The notes below the pieces were generated by a model. It did not search any database. It was not told the origin of the DNA and was given only the letters and a program-made list of their open reading frames with translations. Positions 6,616 to 14,470 of a stretch of 31,633 nucleotides of DNA are shown in pieces. This DNA is from a virus. Lineage: Duplodnaviria > Caudoviricetes. The position numbers and the translations under genes were made by a program. Position 1 is the first letter of the stretch. Each line of letters starts with the position of its first letter. The stretch is taken from the IMG/VR virus record IMGVR_UViG_3300032243_000101, positions 1-31,633 of that record, one strand, 5' to 3'.

Positions 6616-7310
6616 ACTATTCTGAGCTTTCGTCCGCGATACAGACATATACGGAAAATAACTTTCCGACGATTACCCTTGCGGATTCGTCTACTGTATC
6701 TCCGACGGCTCAGATTAATCGCTTCATTGAGCAAGCGGAACAGCGCATCTATAACTCGGTGCAGTTCCCTTCATTGCGCAAGAATGTGACTGGCACAGTT
6801 ACAGCTAGTAACAAGTACTTGTCCTGCCCTAATGATTTTCTAGCTCCCTACTCATTGGCGGTGTTTCCTTATGGTGGTGGGGACTACATATTCCTACTTA
6901 ATAAAGACGTTAACTTTATTCGGGAAGCTTACCCAAGCTCAACAAGCACAGGAACTCCAAAGTACTATGCCTTGTTTGGCCCGACGGTAACAGGTTCTAC
7001 CATCTCCAATGAGTTAAGTTTTATTCTTGGCCCAACTCCGGATACAACATACTCCGCAGAGCTTCATTATTACTACTATCCTGAGTCTATTACCACTGCC
7101 ACTACGACATGGCTTGGTGATAACTTTGACACTGTACTGCTGTATGGTTCTTTGGTAGAGGCGTACACCTTTATGAAGGGTGAGCAAGATTTAATTGCGC
7201 TGTACGATGGAAAGTATAAGGAAGCTCTTGGACTAGCTAAACGCTTGGGTGATGGTATGGAGCGTCAAGACGCATACCGTAGTGGTCAATACAGGCAGGC
7301 GGTTACATGA
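6612..7310 (+). CDS. Putative adaptor / tail tubular A-like virion protein
   Basis: 232 aa; MNYSELSSAIQTYTEN...FIEQAEQRIY, GTPKYYA, LGPTPD and LLYGSLVEAY.FMKG pattern of phage adaptor-like proteins. Confidence 0.6.
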   Translation: MNYSELSSAIQTYTENNFPTITLADSSTVSPTAQINRFIEQAEQRIYNSVQFPSLRKNVTGTVTASNKYLSCPNDFLAPYSLAVFPYGGGDYIFLLNKDVNFIREAYPSSTSTGTPKYYALFGPTVTGSTISNELSFILGPTPDTTYSAELHYYYYPESITTATTTWLGDNFDTVLLYGSLVEAYTFMKGEQDLIALYDGKYKEALGLAKRLGDGMERQDAYRSGQYRQAVT

Positions 7311-7723
7311 GCATTGTCCAGACCCAGACCACCAGCTTCAAGAAGGAGTTGTATCAGGCTATCCACGACTTGTCTACGGACACAATCAAGATTGCTTTAT
7401 ACACCGCATCGGCTGATTTAAACGCAGACACTACTGTTTACAGCAGCACCAATGAAGTATCTGGTACAGGCTATACAGCCGGTGGACAGGTTATGACTGG
7501 GATAGCTATTAGCTCATCTGGTTATACAGCCTATGCAAACTGGGCTAATGTGGTTTGGACAGCGGCTTTAACAGCCCGGTGTGCTTTGATTTACAACGCA
7601 TCCAAGGGTAATAAGTCTGTAGCGGTTTTAGACTTTGGGTCTGACAAAACATCGACCACCACGTTTACAATCACCATGCCCGCAAATACCTCTACAACTG
7701 CGCTTATCAGGAGTTCAAATTGA
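7307..7723 (+). CDS. Putative tail-associated structural protein (paralog A)
   Basis: 138 aa; TSFKKEL, KIALYT, EVSGTGYTAGG, ALIYN and FTITMP motifs, shared with 7921..8412. Confidence 0.7.
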   Translation: MSIVQTQTTSFKKELYQAIHDLSTDTIKIALYTASADLNADTTVYSSTNEVSGTGYTAGGQVMTGIAISSSGYTAYANWANVVWTAALTARCALIYNASKGNKSVAVLDFGSDKTSTTTFTITMPANTSTTALIRSSN

Positions 7724-7911
7724 TAGTCACTACCACCAAAGGCGATATGGATGATTCCTTGCTTGAGAAGCGGGAAGGCACAGTCGATAATGAGAATGAA
7801 CTGACAACGTGGGTTGAGTACTGGCTGGATGGCGAGTTGGTTCACCGATCAGCGCACGTTACGCTGAAGAAAATGCCTACCTTTGCAGGTGGCGAAGCTG
7901 CTTCTTTTTAA
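7720..7911 (+). CDS. Small acidic hypothetical protein
   Basis: 63 aa; TTG start overlaps the upstream TGA; TTKGDMDDSLLEKREG..WVEYWLDGELVHRSAHV; fills the gap between the two paralogs. Confidence 0.7.
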   Translation: MIVTTTKGDMDDSLLEKREGTVDNENELTTWVEYWLDGELVHRSAHVTLKKMPTFAGGEAASF

Positions 7912-7920
7912 GGAAATATT

Positions 7921-8412
7921 ATGAGCAACACGCAATCAATGGTCACTTCGTTCCTTGGGGAACTGATGCTAGGTCAACACCAGCTTGGCACTTCTACTAT
8001 CGTTTCTCGCGGGAGCCTAACCTCACCTACTACGGACACAGTTAAGGCGGCGTTGTACTTGGCTTCTGCTACGGTTAATGCTGCCACCACTGCATACTCG
8101 GCTACAGGTGAAGTGTCCGGTACAAACTACACAGCGGGCGGGGTGACGGTAACGAATGCAACGGCTCCAACTTCTACCAACTCGTCTTCAACGGCGGGAG
8201 TAGGATACTGGACACCTTCTGCTTCTATTACCTACACAACGGTAACGCTGTCTACTGCGTTTGATTGTGTCTTGATCTATAACTCAACGCAAAGTAATAA
8301 GGCAATCAGTGTTCACACCTTCGGCTCCCAGACTATTACTGCCGGAACCTTTACCTTGACCATGCCTTCCAACACGACTACGACTGCTCTGTTGCGCTTG
8401 GCTACAACCTAA
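7921..8412 (+). CDS. Putative tail-associated structural protein (paralog B)
   Basis: 163 aa; RBS AAGGA; TSFLGEL, KAALYL, EVSGTNYTAGG, VLIYN and FTLTMP motifs. Confidence 0.7.
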   Translation: MSNTQSMVTSFLGELMLGQHQLGTSTIVSRGSLTSPTTDTVKAALYLASATVNAATTAYSATGEVSGTNYTAGGVTVTNATAPTSTNSSSTAGVGYWTPSASITYTTVTLSTAFDCVLIYNSTQSNKAISVHTFGSQTITAGTFTLTMPSNTTTTALLRLATT

Positions 8413-8421
8413 AGGTAGGTC

Positions 8422-9372
8422 ATGGCTGGATGGGGCGTTGGCGCTTGGGGCTACGGCACTTGGGGCAACGGCGAAACCATCCTCACTGGGGATGAGGCAA
8501 CCGGCTCCCCCGGTTCAGTCACGTCTAGTAGGACAGTAGCTCTAAGCGGAGTATCCGCAGCAGGGGCAGTAGGAACAGTAAGCCCAGTCATAACGGTAGC
8601 CCTGACCGGCGTATCGGCTTCGGGTGTGGTTGGCACAGTCTCCAGAGGAGACACATCCCTTGCATTAACTGGGGTAGCAGCTTCAGGTGCAGTTGGTACA
8701 GTTGTCCCAAGCAATACGGATGCTGAGACGGGGGATGCGGCAGCAGGTCTAGTAGGTACGGTTACCCCAAGTTTGACGGTTGCGCTTACAGGCGTGTCAG
8801 CTTCAGGCGCGGTTGGTACTGTAGTACAGAGTAAAGCGGTAACGCTTACAGGAGTTTCAGCCGCAGGTGCGGTAGGTAATGTAGCTCTTGGCACTCGCTC
8901 CCTTGCATTGACTGGCGATGCGGCTGCGGGATTGGTGGGGACAGTATCCCCAGACAGAGATAAAGCCCTAACAGGGGTCGCCGCCGCAGGCGCAGTAGGT
9001 AATGTAGTTCAGTCTGCTGCTATACCTCTTGTGGGTGTAATGGCACAGGCGGAGGTGTCGCAGGTAATTGTTCCTCTTAGCCCATTGACGGCTACAGGTT
9101 CGGTTGGTACGGTCACCCAAGGACTCTCTATTGCTCTGTCTGGCGTAGCTGCGGCGGGCGCGGTTGGTTCGGTTGGTTTAGGGCCAAGAAGTTTTGCGCT
9201 GACAGGTAACTATGCCCAAGGTGATGTAGGTGTAGTTATCGCGGTTTACTGGAAATTGATAGATGACATGCAGGTAGCTGATTGGCAGAATATCGGTAAT
9301 AATCAGACACCGGGATGGTCAGGAATTACGAACGACGAAACACCCAACTGGGTGCTTATCCCAACTGAGTAG
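8422..9372 (+). CDS. Fibrous repeat virion protein (tail fibre/whisker-like)
   Basis: 316 aa; about 13 repeats of roughly 20 aa, consensus ALTGVSAxGAVGTV, flanked by an N-terminal WG repeat and C-terminal spaced Trp residues. Confidence 0.7.
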   Translation: MAGWGVGAWGYGTWGNGETILTGDEATGSPGSVTSSRTVALSGVSAAGAVGTVSPVITVALTGVSASGVVGTVSRGDTSLALTGVAASGAVGTVVPSNTDAETGDAAAGLVGTVTPSLTVALTGVSASGAVGTVVQSKAVTLTGVSAAGAVGNVALGTRSLALTGDAAAGLVGTVSPDRDKALTGVAAAGAVGNVVQSAAIPLVGVMAQAEVSQVIVPLSPLTATGSVGTVTQGLSIALSGVAAAGAVGSVGLGPRSFALTGNYAQGDVGVVIAVYWKLIDDMQVADWQNIGNNQTPGWSGITNDETPNWVLIPTE

Positions 9373-9381
9373 GAGTTATAA

Positions 9382-12351
9382 ATGACGGTCAATTACACAA
9401 CCAACCTAGCCCTCGGACAGCCGGTAACCGGCACAGAATCCGGTACATGGGGCGATGACGTAAACAACAGCGTTACGTCTTACTTGGACATTGCCATTGC
9501 TGGCGGCTTGTCGGTATCTATCACCACGACAGACGTCACGCTCACGCTCACACAGGGTACAAGCTCGGCAACCAACATCGGCTCGACCACGGCACAGTAC
9601 GCCATCCTGAACGTAAGCGGGGCAATGACCGCAGCGCGTAACTTGATCCTGCCTAGCAGCAGCCGTCAGTACGTCATCAACAACAATACCACTGGTGGGT
9701 TTGCCCTGACGGTTAAAGGCTCAGCTACCAGCGGCGTTACGATGGTCAACGGCGAGAAGGCCCATGTCTTTTGGAACGGCTCTGACTACGCCAAGCTATC
9801 CAATACACCGGGCGGCGCAGGAACATTTAGCTCCATCACCAACACCGGCCTGACATCGGGCCGTGTGGTGTACTCCACCACTGGTGGCCTTGAGACTGAC
9901 TCTGCCAACCTTTTGTACAGCGGTACTGACCTGACTGTTTATGGCATCACCGTGGGCCGTGGTGCGGGTTCCGTGTCTACCAATACTGTTGTTGGAGATA
10001 GTGCATTAAGTTCAAATGTTTCAGGTACAGATAACACTGCTATTGGCTATGGCGCTCTTATTCCAAATACGGCAAGCGGAAATACTGGTATTGGTTCTCG
10101 CGCCTTGCGTTTTAATACATCTGGTGCGTCCAATACCGCTGTAGGCGTCGACACTCTTAGATCAAACACCACAGCATCTAACAACACCGCTGTAGGTTAT
10201 CAAGCGGGGTACAGTAATACAACTGGTGCTCCTGTTACTTTTGTTGGTAAAGGCGCAGGATACAGCAACACCACTGGTGGAGGCCTTTCGTTTATTGGTT
10301 TTAATGCTGGATATTCAAATACCACAGCCAACCATAACACTGCCATTGGTGGATACCAACCACTGTACTCCAACACGACTGGGCAATACAACGTAGCCAT
10401 TGGGACTGAAGCCCTAACCTCCAACACCACAGCATCCAGCAACACCGCCGTAGGTTATCAGTCTGGGTACAGCAACACTACAGGCAATCAATTTGTTGCT
10501 GTTGGAAATCAAGCGGCATATAGCCAAACAACTGGTACAAACAACACGGCTGTTGGGTTTGTAGCTCTTTATTCAAATCAAACAGGCACAGACAATACCG
10601 CTGTAGGAAATTACTCACAGTACCCCACAACTGGTACTTCTAATACCTCTATAGGTAGCTCTGCGTTACGTTTCAACACGACCGGAAGTTTCAACACGGG
10701 CTTGGGTATGCAAGCCCTCAACTCCAACACCACGGCATCTAACAACACTGCTGTAGGTTATCAGGCAATGTACACGGGTACTACCGCCTCAAACAACACT
10801 GCTTTTGGATACCAAGCCGCATATTCAAATAGTTCTGGTGGTGCGCTTACAGCTATTGGCTATCTTGCTGGGCATGAAAATTTAACAGGCAATTACAACA
10901 CATCTGTTGGCTCAAACGCCCTGTACGCAAATACTACAGGAAGTCAAAATACAGCAATTGGACAGGCCGCGCTTCAAGCCAATACTACGGCCTCCAACAA
11001 TACTGCTGTAGGTTTTCAGGCGGGTTACAGCAATACGACAGGTAATAGCAACGTAGCTAATGGGTTTCAAGCGTTGTATTCCAATACCACAGCATCCAAC
11101 AACACCGCTGTAGGGTATCAGGCTCTTATCAACAGCACCACCGGCAATCACAACACCGCTGTTGGTTATCAGGCTGGTTACACAAACAGCACTGGAGAAG
11201 CCATTGTCGCGCTGGGTATGCAAGCCCTGTATGCAAATACAACTGGAGTCAATAACGTCGCAGTAGGTGCAGCAAGACCCGGATATTTTGGTGGAGCATT
11301 GGCAAGCAATACCACTGGCGGGGCCAATGTTGCAATTGGTGGGGGCGCTTTATACAGCGCCACAACTGCCGATAACAACACGGCTATTGGTGCTTTAGCC
11401 ATGTACACACTGACGACTGGTACAAGTAACGTAGCAATTGCCGCCGATTCTCTTCGTCAAATTACTACGGGAAGTACAAATATTGCTATTGGTAAGGAGG
11501 CGGCCTATAGCCTAACTACAGGTGGGGCCAATGTTTATGTTGGACGTCAAGCAGGCTACACCAATACGACTTCAAATTGGAACGTATTTATTGGAGAAGG
11601 CGCTGGATACACTTTTAGCAATATTTCTACTAGGGGTGGCAACGTATGCATTGGAAATGGCTCTGGATACAATCTCACCACAGGCTATGGCAACACGTTT
11701 GTTGGCTCAGGCAACCCGTATGATGTAAACCCATCTGGTTACTATGTAACAACAGGCAGCTTCAACACCATTATCGGGTCATATGGCGGCAACCAAGGTG
11801 GCTTAGACATCCGCACATCAAACAACTATATCGTGCTGTCTGATGGGCAGGGAAATCCACGGGGTATTTTTGATAGCAGTGGTAATTTCTTGGTGGGGAC
11901 TGCGAGTGCAAACTCGTTTCAAACTCGTTTTAACCTTCGTAGCGCAGGAACAACAATTTGGGGTGTCGGACCAACCACAGGTACTTCAACTTTTTATGTT
12001 GTGAATACCGCAGGAACCGGTGTGTATTTAGGGGACGGGTCAACGTCTTGGGCAGCGCAGTCCGATGAGCGCATTAAGGACATTATTGAACCCATTACAA
12101 ATGCCTCAAGTAAAGTATCTTCACTTCGGGCGGTAATTGGTAAATACAAAACCGATGAAGAAGGTACGCGCCGTTCTTTCTTGATTGCTCAAGATGTTCA
12201 AGCAGTGTTGCCAGAAGCAGTTTCTGCGGGTACGGACGATGTGCTTGGCGTGCGGTACACCGAAGTTATCCCACTTCTTGTTGCAGCCATCAAAGAGCAG
12301 CAAGCCATGATTGAAGATTTGAAAACCCGCCTAGCAGCCGCTGGCATTTAA
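9382..12351 (+). CDS. Tail fibre / receptor-binding protein with 14-aa repeats and C-terminal intramolecular chaperone (peptidase S74-like)
   Basis: 989 aa; RBS AGGAG; N-terminal anchor (TGTESGTWG); long array of NTAVGYQALYSNTT-type repeats at about 9980-11780; SDERIK at 12061, then FLIAQDVQAVLPEAV and Y.EVIPLLVAAIKEQQ coiled coil. Confidence 0.88.
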   Translation: MTVNYTTNLALGQPVTGTESGTWGDDVNNSVTSYLDIAIAGGLSVSITTTDVTLTLTQGTSSATNIGSTTAQYAILNVSGAMTAARNLILPSSSRQYVINNNTTGGFALTVKGSATSGVTMVNGEKAHVFWNGSDYAKLSNTPGGAGTFSSITNTGLTSGRVVYSTTGGLETDSANLLYSGTDLTVYGITVGRGAGSVSTNTVVGDSALSSNVSGTDNTAIGYGALIPNTASGNTGIGSRALRFNTSGASNTAVGVDTLRSNTTASNNTAVGYQAGYSNTTGAPVTFVGKGAGYSNTTGGGLSFIGFNAGYSNTTANHNTAIGGYQPLYSNTTGQYNVAIGTEALTSNTTASSNTAVGYQSGYSNTTGNQFVAVGNQAAYSQTTGTNNTAVGFVALYSNQTGTDNTAVGNYSQYPTTGTSNTSIGSSALRFNTTGSFNTGLGMQALNSNTTASNNTAVGYQAMYTGTTASNNTAFGYQAAYSNSSGGALTAIGYLAGHENLTGNYNTSVGSNALYANTTGSQNTAIGQAALQANTTASNNTAVGFQAGYSNTTGNSNVANGFQALYSNTTASNNTAVGYQALINSTTGNHNTAVGYQAGYTNSTGEAIVALGMQALYANTTGVNNVAVGAARPGYFGGALASNTTGGANVAIGGGALYSATTADNNTAIGALAMYTLTTGTSNVAIAADSLRQITTGSTNIAIGKEAAYSLTTGGANVYVGRQAGYTNTTSNWNVFIGEGAGYTFSNISTRGGNVCIGNGSGYNLTTGYGNTFVGSGNPYDVNPSGYYVTTGSFNTIIGSYGGNQGGLDIRTSNNYIVLSDGQGNPRGIFDSSGNFLVGTASANSFQTRFNLRSAGTTIWGVGPTTGTSTFYVVNTAGTGVYLGDGSTSWAAQSDERIKDIIEPITNASSKVSSLRAVIGKYKTDEEGTRRSFLIAQDVQAVLPEAVSAGTDDVLGVRYTEVIPLLVAAIKEQQAMIEDLKTRLAAAGI

Positions 12352-12366
12352 CTTAGGAGCTTAAAA

Positions 12367-12579
12367 ATGGAAATTGAAATCACAGCAGAGCAAATTGCCA
12401 AGCACTACAGTGCAGCAATGGACAGCGTAGCCCTCATCAACGGCGGCAAGCCTGAGATGATGTCCGACGAGGACTGGGCCGACTGCCTGTCCCGCAACAA
12501 AGAGCATCTGAAGCTCATGATCGCCAAGGACTTCTGGACTACCGAAGACCTGTCGCCCCTGCAAGCAGCATCAGCATAA
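12367..12579 (+). CDS. Small tail-fibre-associated protein
   Basis: 70 aa; RBS AGGAG; HYSAAMDSVALI...RNKEHL..M.AKDFWTTEDL; directly follows the fibre gene. Confidence 0.7.
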   Translation: MEIEITAEQIAKHYSAAMDSVALINGGKPEMMSDEDWADCLSRNKEHLKLMIAKDFWTTEDLSPLQAASA

Positions 12580-12607
12580 CGGGAAGCCGCCACCCGATCT
12601 TGGCGGC
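12580..12607 (+). promoter_or_regulatory. Intergenic hairpin / H-type pseudoknot
   Basis: GCCGCCA 12586-12592 pairs with TGGCGGC 12601-12607; loop CCCG 12593-12596 can pair with CGGG 12580-12583. There is no U-tract, so it is not a + strand intrinsic terminator. Confidence 0.55.
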
Positions 12608-12627
12608 GCACTAAGAGGAAAAACGAA

Positions 12628-12852
12628 ATGGCAAACAAACAATCCCAGATCGTAACGATAGATGGCACGGAATACGATGCTAACGACTTTAACGAGCAGG
12701 AAGTTATGTACCTGAACCACCTAATGGATTTAGATCGCAAGATCGGCTCCACGCAGTTTCAGCTACAGCAACTCATGGTAGGTAAGGACGCATTCCTAAC
12801 AATGCTAAAAGCCGAGCTTGCCAAGCCCAAAGAAGTTGAAGTATTGAACTAA
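12628..12852 (+). CDS. Small coiled-coil protein (possible fibre assembly chaperone)
   Basis: 74 aa; RBS GAGG; VTIDGTEY followed by the heptad-like LNHLMDLDRKIGSTQFQLQQL. Confidence 0.7.
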   Translation: MANKQSQIVTIDGTEYDANDFNEQEVMYLNHLMDLDRKIGSTQFQLQQLMVGKDAFLTMLKAELAKPKEVEVLN

Positions 12853-12855
12853 ATC

Positions 12856-13326
12856 ATGATTGACCCGATAACCGCTTTCGCTACGGCCCAAGCGGCTATC
12901 AAGGGGGTGCAAGCCGCGATCAAGATGGGTAAGGACATCCACGCCATTGGCGGGGAGATGATGAAGTTCTTTGAGGCCAAGGATGTCGTTCAAAAGGCGG
13001 CGTCCCAACCCAAGTCTAGTTTTGCTAAGTCTGACACTGCCGCTGCGTTTGAGATAGTAATGCAGGCAAAGCAGTTGGCTGATGCCGAGCGGGAATTGAA
13101 TAACTGGATGGTGATGTCTGGACACGCTGACCTCTGGCAGCAGCTACTGGTGGAGCGCAACAACCTGATCCAGAAACGCAAGACGGAAGAGATACTGGCA
13201 GAGAAGCACGCCAAGAAGCGCAAGGAAGATATCGAGGACTTGTTGACTTGGTTGATAGCAGGGGCGTTGGTTATCCTGCTATTGGGTTTATGTTTTTGGT
13301 GGACAACTTTACTTCTGGGGAAATAA
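12856..13326 (+). CDS. Membrane-anchored helical protein (lysis-region accessory)
   Basis: 156 aa; MIDPITAFATAQAAIKG N-terminus, charged coiled segment, C-terminal TM (LLTWLIAGALVILLLGLCFWW). Confidence 0.7.
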   Translation: MIDPITAFATAQAAIKGVQAAIKMGKDIHAIGGEMMKFFEAKDVVQKAASQPKSSFAKSDTAAAFEIVMQAKQLADAERELNNWMVMSGHADLWQQLLVERNNLIQKRKTEEILAEKHAKKRKEDIEDLLTWLIAGALVILLLGLCFWWTTLLLGK

Positions 13327-13842
13327 ATGCTGACGATTCTGAGTACCTTGATCTCCTTCCTGATGGGCGGCTTGCCCAAGCTGTTGGACTTCTTCCAAGA
13401 CCGGCAGGACAAGAAACACGAACTGGCGCTGGCCCAGATGCAGATTGAGCGGGAACTGGAGCTACGCAAGGCTGGCTTTGAGGCGCAGGAGCGGGTGGAG
13501 CAGATACACAGCGCCCAGCTAGAGATGGAGACTACCGCCAAGGCCAATGAGAATCTGGTCAACGCCCAAGTCGCCGAAATGAGTGCTATTTACAAGCACG
13601 ATGAAAGCCTTGGTGATGGTACTAGCCAGTGGATGAAAAACTTGCGTGCCGGTGTGCGTAGCTTTATTACCCTTGGGTTCTTCTTCCTGCTGTGCTTTGT
13701 GGACATCGGCATGTTCGTGTACGGCTGGAATAACGGCGTGGCCTTCCCTACCCTTGCAGAGCGCCTGTGGGACTCCAACACCCAAGCCCTGTTTGCTTCG
13801 ATAATCGCGTTTCATTTCGGGGGCAGAGCCTTTGGCAAATGA
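13327..13842 (+). CDS. Putative holin
   Basis: 171 aa; hydrophobic N-terminus, DKKHEL coiled segment, TM SFITLGFFFLLCFVDIGMFVYGW, C-terminal LFASIIAFHFGGR; upstream of the lysozyme gene. Confidence 0.6.
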   Translation: MLTILSTLISFLMGGLPKLLDFFQDRQDKKHELALAQMQIERELELRKAGFEAQERVEQIHSAQLEMETTAKANENLVNAQVAEMSAIYKHDESLGDGTSQWMKNLRAGVRSFITLGFFFLLCFVDIGMFVYGWNNGVAFPTLAERLWDSNTQALFASIIAFHFGGRAFGK

Positions 13843-13994
13843 TCTGGACTCTTGTGTTGGTCACAGGTATTAACATGAACAGTATCCTTGTTGTTGGCTA
13901 CTTTGAGGCGGAGTCTGCTTGTCAGCGGGCAGCTAAAGAGTGGCGCGACTTGGGTTACAAGGTAGGCTGCGTTCAAAGCGTGGTGAAGAAATGA
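13839..13994 (+). CDS. Small hypothetical protein with hydrophobic N-terminus and two Cys
   Basis: 51 aa MIWTLVLVTGINMNSILVVGYFEAESACQRAAKEWRDLGYKVGCVQSVVKK; ATGA overlaps at both ends. Confidence 0.6.
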   Translation: MIWTLVLVTGINMNSILVVGYFEAESACQRAAKEWRDLGYKVGCVQSVVKK

Positions 13995-14467
13995 AAGTCT
14001 CGGACAAAGCCCTTGGGGTCATCCGCCACCATGAAGGCGTGCGCCAACGCCCGTACCGTTGCCCGGCAAAGCTCTGGACTATCGGCGTCGGTCACGTGCT
14101 TTACCCCGAGCAAGGGCGTTTAAAGCTAGAGGAGCGCGATGCCTTCCCGTTGCGCCCGGAGGACAACCGCCAGTTCAGCATGGAGGAAGTTAATGGAATT
14201 CTTGCAGCAGACTTACAGCGCTTTGAGCGAGGAGTGGAGAAGTTCTGCCCTGTCCCTCTTACACAGGGTATGTTTGATGGGCTTGTCAGCTTTTCTTTTA
14301 ACGTGGGCCTTGGGACACTCCAGCGTAGTACGCTTCGCCAGAAACTGCTTCGTGGGGATAAAGAAGGCGCTGCGGACGAGTTCTTGAAGTATTGCATGGC
14401 TGGGGGTAAAATCCTTAAAGGGTTGCAAAACCGCCGCATTGATGAACGCGCCCTATTTCTAGGATGA
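13991..14467 (+). CDS. Endolysin, GH24 (T4/P21-type) lysozyme
   Basis: ATG 13991; HEGVRQRPYRCPAKLWTIGVGH gives an E-x8-C-x5-T catalytic triad; FDGLVSFSFNVG, STL and GLQNRR..E motifs. Confidence 0.93.
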   Translation: MKVSDKALGVIRHHEGVRQRPYRCPAKLWTIGVGHVLYPEQGRLKLEERDAFPLRPEDNRQFSMEEVNGILAADLQRFERGVEKFCPVPLTQGMFDGLVSFSFNVGLGTLQRSTLRQKLLRGDKEGAADEFLKYCMAGGKILKGLQNRRIDERALFLG

Positions 14468-14470
14468 CCG

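Noticed and set aside
9980-11780. AAC-rich repeats suggesting a diversity-generating retroelement template/variable pair
   Set aside because: Differences between copies are not adenine-specific, all copies are in frame within the fibre, and no reverse transcriptase is present in the window.
12586-12607. Hairpin as an intrinsic terminator
   Set aside because: No U-tract follows on the + strand; retained instead as a pseudoknot candidate.
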